Positions 19,251 to 31,473 of a DNA stretch of 58,900 nucleotides are shown here, piece after piece. The notes under the pieces were generated by a model. It was not told the origin of the DNA, ran no database searches, and saw nothing but the letters and a program-made list of their open reading frames with translations. Source of the DNA: Elusimicrobiota bacterium (GTDB lineage: Bacteria > Elusimicrobiota > Elusimicrobia > UBA1565); assembly GCA_043819795.1 (NCBI GenBank), contig JBDREN010000219.1, positions 1-58,900 on the forward strand, written 5' to 3'. Both the position numbers and the translations under genes were made by a program. Within the stretch, counting starts at the first letter, position 1; every line of letters begins with the position of its first letter.

Positions 19251-20306
19251 ATGAGGCGCCGGTTCAACAGGATCCAGAATATCGCGGCCGTTAGCCTGCT
19301 GTCGCTGTCGGCGGCCATCGTCTTCTCTCGGGAGGCGGACGCCCAGGTCGTGGTCCTGCCGGCGCGCGCGGGGATGGCATCGCCCGTCGCCGGGCCGGGG
19401 CTCTCGGCCGGCGCGGTCGCCGGGCCATCCGGGCTCCAGGCGCAGGTCAGGTCCGGGGCGCTTTCTCTGCGGAGTTCGCTTCCCTCGATGCACGCTGTCC
19501 GGATAGGGCCGGCCGTGAGCCCGTTTCGCGCGGCTCCCGCGGGAGCGCCCGCCCCGCTCGCCCCTGCTCGCGGGGCCCAGTCGTTGAAGGCTTCCGTCCT
19601 TCGGGCGGTCCCCACGGCAGGCATGGCTCCGGCCTCTCGCGGGCAGGAAGCCGCGCGGGATCATTCCCGGACGCGGACGGCGGCTCGCTTGCGCAACGCG
19701 GTCGGCCGGCCGGGTGCGCGCATCTCCGCGTCGCGTCTTGGGCGGCTGTTCGACAACGCATCGAGCCGCGAACGGGGCGCGGCCGGTCCCGTTCACGCGG
19801 GGATCGACGCCTCCGGCGCGCGGTTCTCGCGGGCGTCCCGGCTCGGGCGCGGGCACACCGCCCGGTCCCGCGCGCGGCGGGCGTCGCTGGAAGGTCCGGC
19901 TCCCCTCTCTCCCAAGGGACCGCGCCGCCGGCCGTCCCGCGCTAAGGACGCCCTTCGGGCGGTTTGGGGGGGAGTGAAGGGAGTCGCCGCGGTCTTGGGC
20001 TCCCTCTACGCGGGAATTCAGGCGGGCGACCTGGCGTACGGCTTCCTGCTCAACGGCGCGGGCTGGGCGGGCGCGCTCGGCCTGGCAACGGCCCTCGCGG
20101 GTCTCGTCTGGTACGCCCGGCGTTCCACCCCGCGGACGACGGCCGACCGGATCATCCTCCCCACGGTCACGGCCGCCTTCGCGCTGACGACCGTCGGCCA
20201 GCTGGTCTGGGACGCCGCGGGCTCGGTGTGGCTCGGTTTGGGCGCCGGGCTGGCCGTCGCGCTCGCCCTGGCGGCCGCCGCCGGGATCCGCCGCCGCCGC
20301 GCCTAA
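19251..20306 (+). CDS. Hypothetical signal-peptide protein with C-terminal TM segments
   Basis: GGAGG SD at 19239, signal-like N-terminus, Ala/Arg/Pro-rich linker, about 4 C-terminal hydrophobic helices. Confidence 0.65.
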   Translation: MRRRFNRIQNIAAVSLLSLSAAIVFSREADAQVVVLPARAGMASPVAGPGLSAGAVAGPSGLQAQVRSGALSLRSSLPSMHAVRIGPAVSPFRAAPAGAPAPLAPARGAQSLKASVLRAVPTAGMAPASRGQEAARDHSRTRTAARLRNAVGRPGARISASRLGRLFDNASSRERGAAGPVHAGIDASGARFSRASRLGRGHTARSRARRASLEGPAPLSPKGPRRRPSRAKDALRAVWGGVKGVAAVLGSLYAGIQAGDLAYGFLLNGAGWAGALGLATALAGLVWYARRSTPRTTADRIILPTVTAAFALTTVGQLVWDAAGSVWLGLGAGLAVALALAAAAGIRRRRA

Positions 20307-20313
20307 GGGTTGG

Positions 20314-21072
20314 CTAACCGCGCGCGCGCAGCCGCGAGGCCGCGGGCGCGTCCAGCAGGTAGGTGAGGCGACCCTCCTCCGGGCGGATGAGCTTCGCGGG
20401 GGTCTTCTCCGCCTTTCCTTCGCCTTCCAGCAGCTCCTTGACCGCCTCGGCCTTGTCCTCCCCCGTCACGAGGAAGAGCGCATGCCGGGACCGGTTGATG
20501 ACGTGCGCCGTCAGCGTGATGCGGTCCCGGACCCCGGCGTCCGCGCGCGCGGCCGCCACCCACTTGCCGCTTTCCCGGGCCGCTTCGCTCTCCGGAAAGA
20601 GGGATGCAGTGTGCCCGTCGGCGCCCATGCCCAGCAGTACCAGGTCGAAGACGGGCCGCTCCGCGCCGCTCTGGGCGAAATGCGCGCGAAGCCTTGCCTC
20701 ATAGAGGGCCGCGTCCTTGACCGGGTCCCGGCTCTCCGTGGGGATGGCATGGACGTGTTCGGGCCGGACGGGGACGCGCGAGAGCAGGATGTCGCGCGCC
20801 ATGCGGAAGCTGCTTTCGGTATGCTCGTGCGGGATGTAGCGCTCGTCGCCCCAGAATACATGGGTAGCCTGCCAGGGCAGCGTTTGGTAGCGTTCGGCGG
20901 CGAGCAGGAAATAGAGAGCCTTCGGCGTTTTTCCTCCCGATAGGACGGTCCGGAAGAGGCCGCGCTCGCGGACCGCCTCCCGGGCGGCTTCCGCCCAAAG
21001 GTCGGCCGCGGTGCTTACGGCCTCCGCCGCGTCGCGGCCTATGAAAATGGTCGGCTTTATGGCGGGAGCCAT
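20314..21072 (-). CDS. pgl: 6-phosphogluconolactonase
   Basis: LSGGKTP, FWGDER, LLGMGADGHTASLFP, RITLT, VTGEDKA. Confidence 0.95.
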   Translation of the reverse strand: MAPAIKPTIFIGRDAAEAVSTAADLWAEAAREAVRERGLFRTVLSGGKTPKALYFLLAAERYQTLPWQATHVFWGDERYIPHEHTESSFRMARDILLSRVPVRPEHVHAIPTESRDPVKDAALYEARLRAHFAQSGAERPVFDLVLLGMGADGHTASLFPESEAARESGKWVAAARADAGVRDRITLTAHVINRSRHALFLVTGEDKAEAVKELLEGEGKAEKTPAKLIRPEEGRLTYLLDAPAASRLRARG

Positions 21073-21166
21073 ATCTGATCACCTGGCCAGGGCCGCTTGA
21101 GACACGACAACGGCGCTGAGAGGTCGGGCGCGCGCGCCCGACGTCACGGAGCGATAAGGTTGCGCA

Positions 21167-21201
21167 ACCCCGTGAAATCCGCTTCGCGGATCTCACGGGG
21201 T
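21167..21201. terminator. Intergenic stem-loop after the GH57 gene
   Basis: ACCCCGTGAAATCCGC-TTC-GCGGATCTCACGGGGT; a second palindrome lies at 21123-21142; no clear U-tract. Confidence 0.4.
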
Positions 21202-21206
21202 GCGGG

Positions 21207-23633
21207 CTAATCCACCCGGACCGATAGGTGCTTGCCGAGCGACTCGAAGCGCTCGACCCAACGCTTGGCGTCGTCGTCGCCGCGGCCGGCTTTGTCGCGG
21301 AAGCCCGGGAGCACCTCGTGCAGCATCGCGTAGAACGCGTTCTGGATCTTCCAAAGGTCGACTTTGGGGCTCAGCACGCGGGCCAGGCGCGCCGCGGAGT
21401 CGAGCCTGTCGAGCCGCTCGATGCCGTCGGGCTCGGCGCGCAGCCCGTCGCACAGGCGCTCCATCACCGGTTCCAGGGCATAGCCCAGCCCCTCTGCGTC
21501 GAGCGGCACTCCCGAGCCGCGGACCTCCTCGACGAGCCGCTCGACCTTGGAGAAGTCCGGCTCGCGCGCCGCGAGGGCCCTGCGGATGCGGGTGTTGAGC
21601 GCGAACTCGGCGGCGGCGCGGAGGGCCTTGGGCTGCGGCACGCCGAGCTCGGCGATCACGCGCATCAGCTCCGCGCGCTGCTTGTAGATCCGTCCGTAGG
21701 CGGCCTCGGTCTCGGCCAGGGTCCTCTCCAGGATGCGTCCGATGATGCGGCGCTGGTCGTCGCGCAGCAGCGACCGCAGCGAGAAGGTGGAACCTTCGAA
21801 GTGCTTGTCGAGGAGGGCGGTCGCCGTCGGGATGTCCCCGTCCGAGAAGCAGCTCGTGAGCTCCAGGAGCATGGCCTCGTAGTCGTCGGGCCCCCGGAAG
21901 ATGCGGGCCCCTCCCTTGAGCTCGTGGTCGCCGGCATGGAGAAAGCTGTAGCTCACCTCGGCGGTCTCGCGGGTGACCTTCGATTCTATCGTCGCATGCC
22001 CGATCGCGAGCTTCGCTGGCCCCGAGCGGAGCAGGCGCGGATCCCGCTGGCGGACGCTGTAGCCCTGCAGGCGGGCCTGCTCGGGAGTCTCCTCAAAGAG
22101 CTCGCTGACGCCGTAGTGGGCGCCGAGCTTGACCATGTCCACGATCGCCGGCTTGACGGCCTGCTCGTAGACCCTGCGCCCGTCACCTTTCCCCGGAGCG
22201 CTGGACTTCGCGCGCGCCAGACGCTCGATGAACTCGGGCTCCAGGTCCTCGGCGGAGAGATCCCGTCCGAGCTGGAGCGCCCGGGCCGCGTACTGCAGGA
22301 TCTGAGCGGTCTCGATCCCGGACACATCGTCGAAGAACCAGCCGCAGCTGGTGAACATGAAGAGGGCGTGGCGCTGCATCTCGAGGAGCTTGAGCGCGCG
22401 GACCTTGTCGGCCTCGGCGAGCTCCCGGCTGGCGTGCCGCGACAGGAATGCCTCCGCCTTGTCCCGGGAGCGGTCCGCGACCACGTCGACATAGCCGTCG
22501 CGGGCGGCCCAGGGGTCGGCGAGGAGCCCCGCGGCGCCCTTCTCGAACGTTTCGGCCAGCCGGTCCCGCAGCCATTCCAGAGCCTCGCGCAGGGGGGCGC
22601 GCCACTCTTGGCGCCAGCCGGGGTGGGCGCCCGTGCTGCAGCCGCAGTCCGAGCGCCAGCGCTCCACGCCGTGGGCGCAGCTCCAGGAGGTGCGCTCGAC
22701 GATCTTGGCCTCGTGGGTGGGGGGGTGCTTCTCCAGGAACTCGCCGTAGTTCGACAGGCCGACCCGGGGGGTGGCCTCGATGCGGTCGAGGGCGTAGGCC
22801 AGGGCCATCTCCCCGAATCGCTGGTGGTGGCCGTAGGTCTCGCCGTCGGTGGCTATGTGGACGAGCTGGGCGTCGCTTTGGGTGCGCGCGAACGCATCGG
22901 TCAGGCGTTCGGCGAAATGGTCGCCGCGGGTCAAGAGAGCTTCGAACGCGACGGCCCGGGAGATGGGTCCGTCGTAGAAAAATACGCTGATCGTCCGGCC
23001 CGAGGGCAGCCGGACCAGGTACGGCATCGTCGGGTCCACCCGCTCTCCCCGGACGTCCTTCCACGGGCGCGAGCCGATCTTGCGCACGCGGCGAGCCTGG
23101 CGCGGGGCGAGGACGGTGAAGCGGACTCCTTCGGCGGCGAGGATATCGAGCGTCTCGATGTCGACGGCGCATTCCGGAAGCCAAAGCCCCTCCGGGCGGG
23201 CGTGGAAGCGCAGCTCGAAGTCGCGAACGCCCCAGCGGACCTCGGTCCGCTTGTCCCTCCGGCTGGCCAGAGGCAGGATCGAGTGGCTGTAGGCCTGAGC
23301 CATGGCCGACCCGTGGCCCGAGAAGCGCCACCGGCTCTCCCGCTCGGCCTCGAGGATCGCGGCGTACACCGCGGGAGCCTCGGTCTTGAGCCAGGAGAGC
23401 AGCGTGGGCCCGAAGTCGAAGTTCGTGCGGGAGTAGTTGTTGACGATCCGGACGATCCTGTTTTCGCCGTCGAGGATCCGGGCTTTGGCGTTCGGCCCGT
23501 AGCATTCGGCCGCGATCCGCTCGTTCCAGTCGTGATAGGGATACGCCGACTCCTGCCGCTCGACCTCCTCCAACCACGGGTTCTCCCGGGGGGGCTGGTA
23601 ATAGTGTCCGTGGATGCAGATGCAGCGTTTCAC
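21207..23633 (-). CDS. GH57-family glycoside hydrolase with DUF3536
   Basis: IHGHYYQPPRENPW, GLWLPE, ATDGETYGHH, SWSCAHGVERW, MFTSCGWFFD; GTG start. Confidence 0.92.
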   Translation of the reverse strand: MKRCICIHGHYYQPPRENPWLEEVERQESAYPYHDWNERIAAECYGPNAKARILDGENRIVRIVNNYSRTNFDFGPTLLSWLKTEAPAVYAAILEAERESRWRFSGHGSAMAQAYSHSILPLASRRDKRTEVRWGVRDFELRFHARPEGLWLPECAVDIETLDILAAEGVRFTVLAPRQARRVRKIGSRPWKDVRGERVDPTMPYLVRLPSGRTISVFFYDGPISRAVAFEALLTRGDHFAERLTDAFARTQSDAQLVHIATDGETYGHHQRFGEMALAYALDRIEATPRVGLSNYGEFLEKHPPTHEAKIVERTSWSCAHGVERWRSDCGCSTGAHPGWRQEWRAPLREALEWLRDRLAETFEKGAAGLLADPWAARDGYVDVVADRSRDKAEAFLSRHASRELAEADKVRALKLLEMQRHALFMFTSCGWFFDDVSGIETAQILQYAARALQLGRDLSAEDLEPEFIERLARAKSSAPGKGDGRRVYEQAVKPAIVDMVKLGAHYGVSELFEETPEQARLQGYSVRQRDPRLLRSGPAKLAIGHATIESKVTRETAEVSYSFLHAGDHELKGGARIFRGPDDYEAMLLELTSCFSDGDIPTATALLDKHFEGSTFSLRSLLRDDQRRIIGRILERTLAETEAAYGRIYKQRAELMRVIAELGVPQPKALRAAAEFALNTRIRRALAAREPDFSKVERLVEEVRGSGVPLDAEGLGYALEPVMERLCDGLRAEPDGIERLDRLDSAARLARVLSPKVDLWKIQNAFYAMLHEVLPGFRDKAGRGDDDAKRWVERFESLGKHLSVRVD

Positions 23634-25536
23634 GAGCTCTCGCCCTGCTCGCCTTCCGACGTTCCGTCGGGAGGGGACTGCGCGTAGAGGAGAAAGGACT
23701 TCGCGTTGAGGTCGAGGGTCGCTCCGTCGGAGACGCCGATCTCGGGGGCGCTTCTCGCCCCCGGCCCGCCCCAGCGCTGGTCCGAGGAGTCCAGCAGCCG
23801 CCTCCAGTTGCCGGGGGGGACCCGGAGGGCGACCGAGGCCGGCCTGTCGCCGAAATGGAAGGCGGCGAAGACGCTGCCGGCGTCGCTCGCGCGCACGACC
23901 AGAAGCGTCTTTTGCTCTTCCAGGGCCGTCGCCGTGGCGCTTCGCTTGCTGAGCTCCTTGAGGGCCGGCAGGCCCCGGCGCAGGCGCAGGAGCTCCGTGT
24001 AGAGCCCGAGCAGCCGCCGATGGGGTTGCGCGGCGCAAAGCCCTGCGTCGGGCCGCGAGCGCTCGAAGGTGGCGGGGTCGGCCGGATCGACGAAGCCGGC
24101 CGGCCAGCGGAACTCCGCGAACTCCTCCCGGCGCCCGCGCCGCACGGCATCGTCGAGCCCCGCGTCGGAATGGCTCGTGAAGAATAGGAACGGGGCCGTC
24201 TCCCCGTATTCCTCGCCCATGAACAGCAGCGGGATGAACGGCGAGAGCAGCACGGCTCCGGCCGCCAGCTTCTGCGCCTCGAGGGAGAGCAGCGAGCCGA
24301 AGCGTTCTCCGCCGGGCCTGTTGCCCGCCTGGTCGTGGTTCTGAGCGTAGACGACGAACTTGCGCGCCGGCATGTGGTCGGCCGGGACCCCGTGGCGTCG
24401 TCGTCGGTAGGCCGAGTATTGTCCCGTGAATACGTACCCCTCGCGGTAGGCCTTGGCCAGGTGCTCGATCCGGCCGAAATCCTCGTAGTAGCCGTTGCGT
24501 TCGCCGGTCAGGAGGGCGTGGAGCGCGTGGTGAAAGTCGTCGTTCCACTGAGCGTCGAGGCCGAGCCCCCCGAGCTCGGGCTGCCGGACGAGGCGCGCGT
24601 CGTTGAGGGTCGTTTCGGCGATGACGTAGACGAGGCGGTTGGCGCGGCGTGCGAAGCCATGCACGGCGGCGGCCGCTTCCTCGATGAAGGTCCGGGCCGA
24701 CTGGTCCGCGATCGCGTGGACGGCGTCCAGGCGGAGGGCGTCGATATGGAACTCTTCGGCCCAGGCGACGGCGTTCTCGACGTAGAACCGGCGCACCGCG
24801 TCGGAATCCGGGCCGTCGAAATTGATGGCCGGTCCCCAGGGCGTCCGGTACCGGTCCGTGAAATAGGGGCCGAACTCGGCCAGGTGATGCCTTCGGGCCC
24901 GACGTGGTTGTAGACCACGTCCAGGACCGCCGCCAGGCCCAGCTTGTGGCACTCGTTGACGAACCGCTTGAGGGCCGCCGGGCCGCCGTAGGTGTTCTGT
25001 ACCGCGTACGGGTAGACTCCGTCGTAACCCCAGTTCCGGCCCCCGGGGAACTGCGCCACCGGCATGAGCTCGACGGCCGTGACGCCCAGGTCCTTGAGGC
25101 GGCGCAGCTGGCCGATCGCCGCGTCCAGCGTCCCGTCCGGCGTGAACGTGCCCACGTGCAGCTCGTAGAGGACGAAGTCCTGCAGGGGGAGGCCGCACCA
25201 GAAGCCGTCCTCCCACCGGAAGTCGTCGGCCACGACCTCCGAAGGCCCGTGGAGCCCCTCCGGCTGGAATCGCGAGGCGGGATCCGGGCGCTCCCGCTCC
25301 CCGTCGAGCCGGAAGAGGTACCTGGTCCCGGGCTCGACGTTGTCGACGATCGCCCGGAAGTAGCCGCCTTCGAGGCGCTCCATGGGGACGGTCTTCTCGA
25401 AGGGGGCTACGAGGCGCACCTCGATCGTCCGGCATGACGGGGCCCATACGCCGAAGAAGCAGCGCCGGTTGCCCAGGGGACGGGCGCCAAGCGGCAACGG
25501 GGCGCCCGAAACCGTCGGAGTCCGGGTCTCGCTCAC
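23630..25536 (-). pseudogene. treZ: Malto-oligosyltrehalose trehalohydrolase, frameshifted near 24888 (or sequencing error)
   Basis: [34 protein letters not shown] in one frame; [20 protein letters not shown] in the next; one added A restores [14 protein letters not shown]. Confidence 0.85.
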
Positions 25537-25538
25537 GG

Positions 25539-27458
<1,920 letters not shown>

Positions 27459-27672
27459 CTCGTATTATAGGACTTCCTGACTGGAAATGAGCAAAGTCAA
27501 AATCATGTCGATCCCGGGCCGCGGTCCATGCCTCGCGCGCCGGAAAGGCGACAGCATCCCTGCCGCGGAGTCCTTAGATAACGCGAAGGTGTAAGACCGC
27601 AAGGCGAGCTTGCGGCGCTGGATTGACCAAAGTCACGTTGAATCCGGATCGGGCATCCCCTATACTCTGGGT

Positions 27673-28347
27673 ATGGCGGCCTGCCGGATCTGCGGTTGCT
27701 CGAACTGGTTCTTCTCCGTCTCGGAGCGGGGTCTTTGCCGCAGCTGCGATCATCTCGCCTCGATCGACATCGACCAGCGAGCCCGCGTCGTCCTGGAGGC
27801 GAGCCGGCTGGCCGAGCAGTCCGGTGATCCCCGCTCGAAGATCGAGCACATGGGCGTGGTGGTGCGCAACCTCGAGGCGCTCACCGAATACGAGCGGCGC
27901 GGGATCGCCACGTTGCGGGACTCCGCCGAGGCCCGTCTGATCAAGAGCCGGGCGGATCTGGATGAACTGGTGGCCGGTACCGCGAGGCGGGAGCTCGAGG
28001 AGGTCCTCGACAAGGTCCGCGAGACGCGCGGCTCCTGCCAGAAGACCAAGCTCTACTCCGATTTTCTCATCAAGCTCCTCGAGCACCGGGCCTGGCACGG
28101 CTGCCAGAAGCCCATCGAGGCCTTGATCGGCCAGGTCCGGAACGCGATCTACCGCGTCCGCCTCAACGCATTCCTGGAGGAGGCGCGGCACGCCGAGTTC
28201 ACCGGCGACGGTTCCTCGGCGCTGGAGCACTACCGCCGGGCTCTGGGCTACTGGAAAAGGCAAGCCCCGGACGACCCCGCCGCCTGCGAGCATCGCAACC
28301 TGATCGAGGGCCGCATCCGCGCTCTCGAGAGGGTCTGCCCCGCCTAG
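27673..28347 (+). CDS. Hypothetical protein with N-terminal CxxC...CxxC zinc ribbon and helical (TPR-like) body
   Basis: CRICG...LCRSC; TATACT 6 nt before ATG. Confidence 0.65.
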   Translation: MAACRICGCSNWFFSVSERGLCRSCDHLASIDIDQRARVVLEASRLAEQSGDPRSKIEHMGVVVRNLEALTEYERRGIATLRDSAEARLIKSRADLDELVAGTARRELEEVLDKVRETRGSCQKTKLYSDFLIKLLEHRAWHGCQKPIEALIGQVRNAIYRVRLNAFLEEARHAEFTGDGSSALEHYRRALGYWKRQAPDDPAACEHRNLIEGRIRALERVCPA

Positions 28348-28407
28348 CCCGCCCCCAGCCCCCCAGCCCCCTACCCCGAGCCGCCGGTTTTTTGTTCAAT
28401 TGTCCCC

Positions 28408-29505
28408 ATGAGACGCCTTCTGATGCTGTTCGCGTTCGCCGGGATCCTGGCTCTGGCGGGGATGCCGCTGTGCACGGCCGCCAGACACGCGCCCGCCCCG
28501 GAGCCCGGGGACAGGGCGGTCGATCCCCGAGGGGCGCTCCTCGCCGATGAGAAGTCCACGATCTCCTTGTTCCGGAAGGCCACGGACTCGGTGGTCTACA
28601 TCACCAGCCTGGCCGTCGGGCGGGACTTCTTCAGCTTCAACGTCTTCGAGATCCCTCAGGGGACCGGCTCGGGCTTCATCTGGGACGAGGACGGGCATGT
28701 CGTCACCAACTACCACGTGATCCGGAACGCCGACGCCTTCAAGGTGACGCTGGCCGACCATTCTGTCTGGGACGCGCGCCTGGTGGGGTCCGCGCTCCAC
28801 AAAGACCTGGCGGTCCTCAAGATCGACGCGCCCGAGGAGCGCCTCAAGCCCATCCCCGTGGGCGCCTCCAACGACCTTCAGGTCGGCCAGAAGGTCTACG
28901 CCATCGGCAACCCCTTCGGCCTCGACCAGACGCTGACGACGGGGATCATCAGCGCGCTCGGGCGCGAGATCCAGTCGGTGACGCGCCGTCCCATAACCGG
29001 CGTCATCCAGACGGACGCGGCCATCAACCCCGGGAACTCGGGGGGGCCGCTGCTCGACAGCGCCGGGAGGCTCATCGGCGTGAACACGGCCATCTACAGC
29101 CCCTCGGGCGCCTTCGCCGGCGTGGGGTTCGCCATGCCGGTCGATACCATGCTGCGCATCATCCCCCAACTCATCCGTCACGGGAAGGTCATCCGTCCCG
29201 GTCTAGGCGTCATCCTCCATGAGGATTACCTCGCCGAGCGCATCGGAGTGAAGGGGGTTCTCATCCAGCAGGTCGGACGCAGGAGCGCCGCGGCCGGGGC
29301 GGGCCTGCGCGCGACCCGGCTCGACCGCCACGGGCGTCTCGTCATGGGCGATGTGATCGTCGGCCTTGACGGGAAGGGGATCTCCACGACCGACGACCTC
29401 TACAAGGCCCTGGACGAGCGCGAGGTGGGGCAGAGCGTGGCGGTCACGGTCCTGCGCGAGGGCCGCGAGCGCGAGGTCAAGGTCCGCCTACAGGCCTTGG
29501 AGTAA
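28408..29505 (+). CDS. HtrA/DegP-like trypsin serine protease with PDZ domain
   Basis: GTGSGF, VTNYHV, DLAVL, AIGNPFG, QTDAAINPGNSGGPL; C-terminal PDZ (GDVI). Confidence 0.94.
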   Translation: MRRLLMLFAFAGILALAGMPLCTAARHAPAPEPGDRAVDPRGALLADEKSTISLFRKATDSVVYITSLAVGRDFFSFNVFEIPQGTGSGFIWDEDGHVVTNYHVIRNADAFKVTLADHSVWDARLVGSALHKDLAVLKIDAPEERLKPIPVGASNDLQVGQKVYAIGNPFGLDQTLTTGIISALGREIQSVTRRPITGVIQTDAAINPGNSGGPLLDSAGRLIGVNTAIYSPSGAFAGVGFAMPVDTMLRIIPQLIRHGKVIRPGLGVILHEDYLAERIGVKGVLIQQVGRRSAAAGAGLRATRLDRHGRLVMGDVIVGLDGKGISTTDDLYKALDEREVGQSVAVTVLREGREREVKVRLQALE

Positions 29506-29533
29506 GGGCGTCAGTTGTTGACTTTGTTAACTA

Positions 29534-31047
29534 GTTGCTCCTGAAAAAGTCGACGATTAACGGTCGGCGAAATCTTCGTAAAATAGAGCATCTTTCCGTC
29601 GGAGGAACACATGCTCCAGCTCCGTCCACAAGGTCCCGACCTCTGGGATAATCTCCTTCCCGAAGAACTCCGAAAGCTTCCGGAAACATTGGCCCGCGTC
29701 GACGAACTGCTCCAAGACGAGCGCCTCATGCAGCCATTCTTGCAGCGGTTCAACACGAAGATGGGGCGTCCGGGGGTTCCAGTTTCGACGTACTTACGGT
29801 TGATGTATCTGAAGACACGCTACAAGCTGGGTTACGAGACGCTCGTCGAAGAGGTTTCCGACTCGATCCGCTGGCGGCGTTTCTGCGGGATCGGCTATGC
29901 CGAACGGGTTCCCGACCCGAGCACGCTGATCAAACTGACGCACAAATACGGCGAAGAGACGGTGGCGAAGTTGCACGGCCTGATCCTCGAAAGCTTGGTC
30001 AAACGCAAGGTGGTCCGGGGTCGCAAGATCCGCACGGACACGACGGTTGTCGCCTCCGACATCCATTACCCGACCGATGCGAGCCTCTTGCTCGACGGCC
30101 TTCGCAGGATGCGGCAGAAGCTGGTCAAAGTCCCTGGGGTGGGGGTTCGCCTGGGACGGACGCTCAATAAGGTCAAGAAGTTGATCTTTACGGTGGCTCA
30201 GACCCTGCGCAAACGCGACGCGAAGTCGCGCGAGAAAGTAAAACGGATCAACTTTGAAGTCATCGGCCTCGTCCGCAATGCCGCAGAGAAAGTGAAGGGA
30301 GCGCTCAGGCTAAAGCGGGTAAAAAGCAAGAGCATCCGGGAGCATCTGGAAACGACGATCGAGTTGATGGAGAAAGCGGCGTCACAGAGCGAAGAGCGCC
30401 TCAACGGTGGCAAGCCCAAGGATCGCTTGGTCAGCATGGTTGACCCTGGAGCGAGGCCGATCGTGAAGGGCAAGCTCGACAAACCCGTAGAATTTGGACG
30501 GACTGCGCAGGTGACCCAGGACGAAGGCGGTTACTTTACACAGTACGGGGTCCACGAGAGCAACCCCGGCGACACGACGCTACTGCCTGGCATTGTGGAA
30601 ACACACGAGAAGCATTTCCCAAAGAAGCTCAAAGCGTTCGCGGCGGACATGGGTTTCTCCTCGGAGGATAACCACAACTTGCTCAAAGGCAAGGGAGTGC
30701 GAAAAATCGGAATGGCGTGGCGGGGGAAACCGCCGCCCGAAGTGCGGGCAAAGCAGAAGAGGCCGTGGTTCAAGAAGCTCATGCGGTTCCGGGCGGGAAT
30801 CGAGGGAAGTCTGAGCTTCCTTAATCGGAAGTTCGGGCTAAAGAGGAGCATGTTCCGGGGCGACGCGGGAACCCGGATATGGGTCGGATGGGTGGTCGTC
30901 GCGGCGAATCTATACCGGTTCGGTCAGGGTCCATGAGCGTGGAACGCCCTCAAACGCGGAGAAAATCGGAAAAAGAGTAAATCGGGCAGGCCTATTTGTG
31001 AGAAAGGGGTTGTAGAACCTCGCCGTGACAACTTTTTCAGGAGCAAC
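29534..31047 (+). mobile_element. Complete IS element (ISNCY/ISDol1-like)
   Basis: Perfect 17-bp TIRs GTTGCTCCTGAAAAAGT (29534-29550 and 31031-31047); 6-bp target duplication TAACTA (29528-29533 and 31048-31053). Confidence 0.92.
29611..30936 (+). CDS. DDE transposase (DUF772 + DDE; ISNCY-type)
   Basis: GRPGVP, WRRFCGI, PDPSTL, RTDTTVV..IHYPTD, KPVEFG, AADMGF, RAGIEG. Confidence 0.93.
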   Translation: MLQLRPQGPDLWDNLLPEELRKLPETLARVDELLQDERLMQPFLQRFNTKMGRPGVPVSTYLRLMYLKTRYKLGYETLVEEVSDSIRWRRFCGIGYAERVPDPSTLIKLTHKYGEETVAKLHGLILESLVKRKVVRGRKIRTDTTVVASDIHYPTDASLLLDGLRRMRQKLVKVPGVGVRLGRTLNKVKKLIFTVAQTLRKRDAKSREKVKRINFEVIGLVRNAAEKVKGALRLKRVKSKSIREHLETTIELMEKAASQSEERLNGGKPKDRLVSMVDPGARPIVKGKLDKPVEFGRTAQVTQDEGGYFTQYGVHESNPGDTTLLPGIVETHEKHFPKKLKAFAADMGFSSEDNHNLLKGKGVRKIGMAWRGKPPPEVRAKQKRPWFKKLMRFRAGIEGSLSFLNRKFGLKRSMFRGDAGTRIWVGWVVVAANLYRFGQGP

Positions 31048-31210
31048 TAACTAAGTGGGCCGCGCGCGAGTCCCGACAGCAGACTCCTCTCGGAATTAGT
31101 TGACAAAGTTAACAACTGACGCCAGATGCCAGTGTCTGGCTTGCACGTGAAGGGACAAGAATTGCTATAGTCTAAGTACCTCCTCAGCCAATCTGATCCA
31201 GGAGACATAT

Positions 31211-31450
31211 ATGGCAAACAAAACCAAGTCACAGACGTCCCACTCGCGCATCACCGTAGGACTTCCGAATCTTCAGGGCCAAATCGGGATGATCAATCGG
31301 GTCGCTGCGACGGCCAGCGAGCCTAATCTGGAGCGGTGGACGGATATTAAGGAACTCCTCTCGGATCTATACAGCCAATTGCAGCGGCAAAAACAAGTCA
31401 CGGTATATCGACTCGCCAATAAGAACCAGACCAAAGTCCGCGCCGACTAA
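31211..31450 (+). CDS. Small hypothetical protein (79 aa)
   Basis: Extended -10 TGCTATAGT (31163-31171), AGGAGA SD, ATG; followed by a terminator. Confidence 0.55.
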   Translation: MANKTKSQTSHSRITVGLPNLQGQIGMINRVAATASEPNLERWTDIKELLSDLYSQLQRQKQVTVYRLANKNQTKVRAD

Positions 31451-31473
31451 GAAATTCGTTAGACGTCTAAACG

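Larger units (their letters stand above)
29507..31123. mobile_element. Outer ~97-bp inverted-repeat (MITE-like) element interrupted by an IS
   Basis: GGCGTCAGTTGTTGACTTTGTTAACTA (29507-29533) matches the reverse complement of 31097-31123 at 25 of 27 positions. Confidence 0.6.

Noticed and set aside
28348..28380. CCCCCAGC-type short repeats after ORF 27673
   Set aside because: Low-complexity GC run; possible G-quadruplex on the minus strand but unsupported
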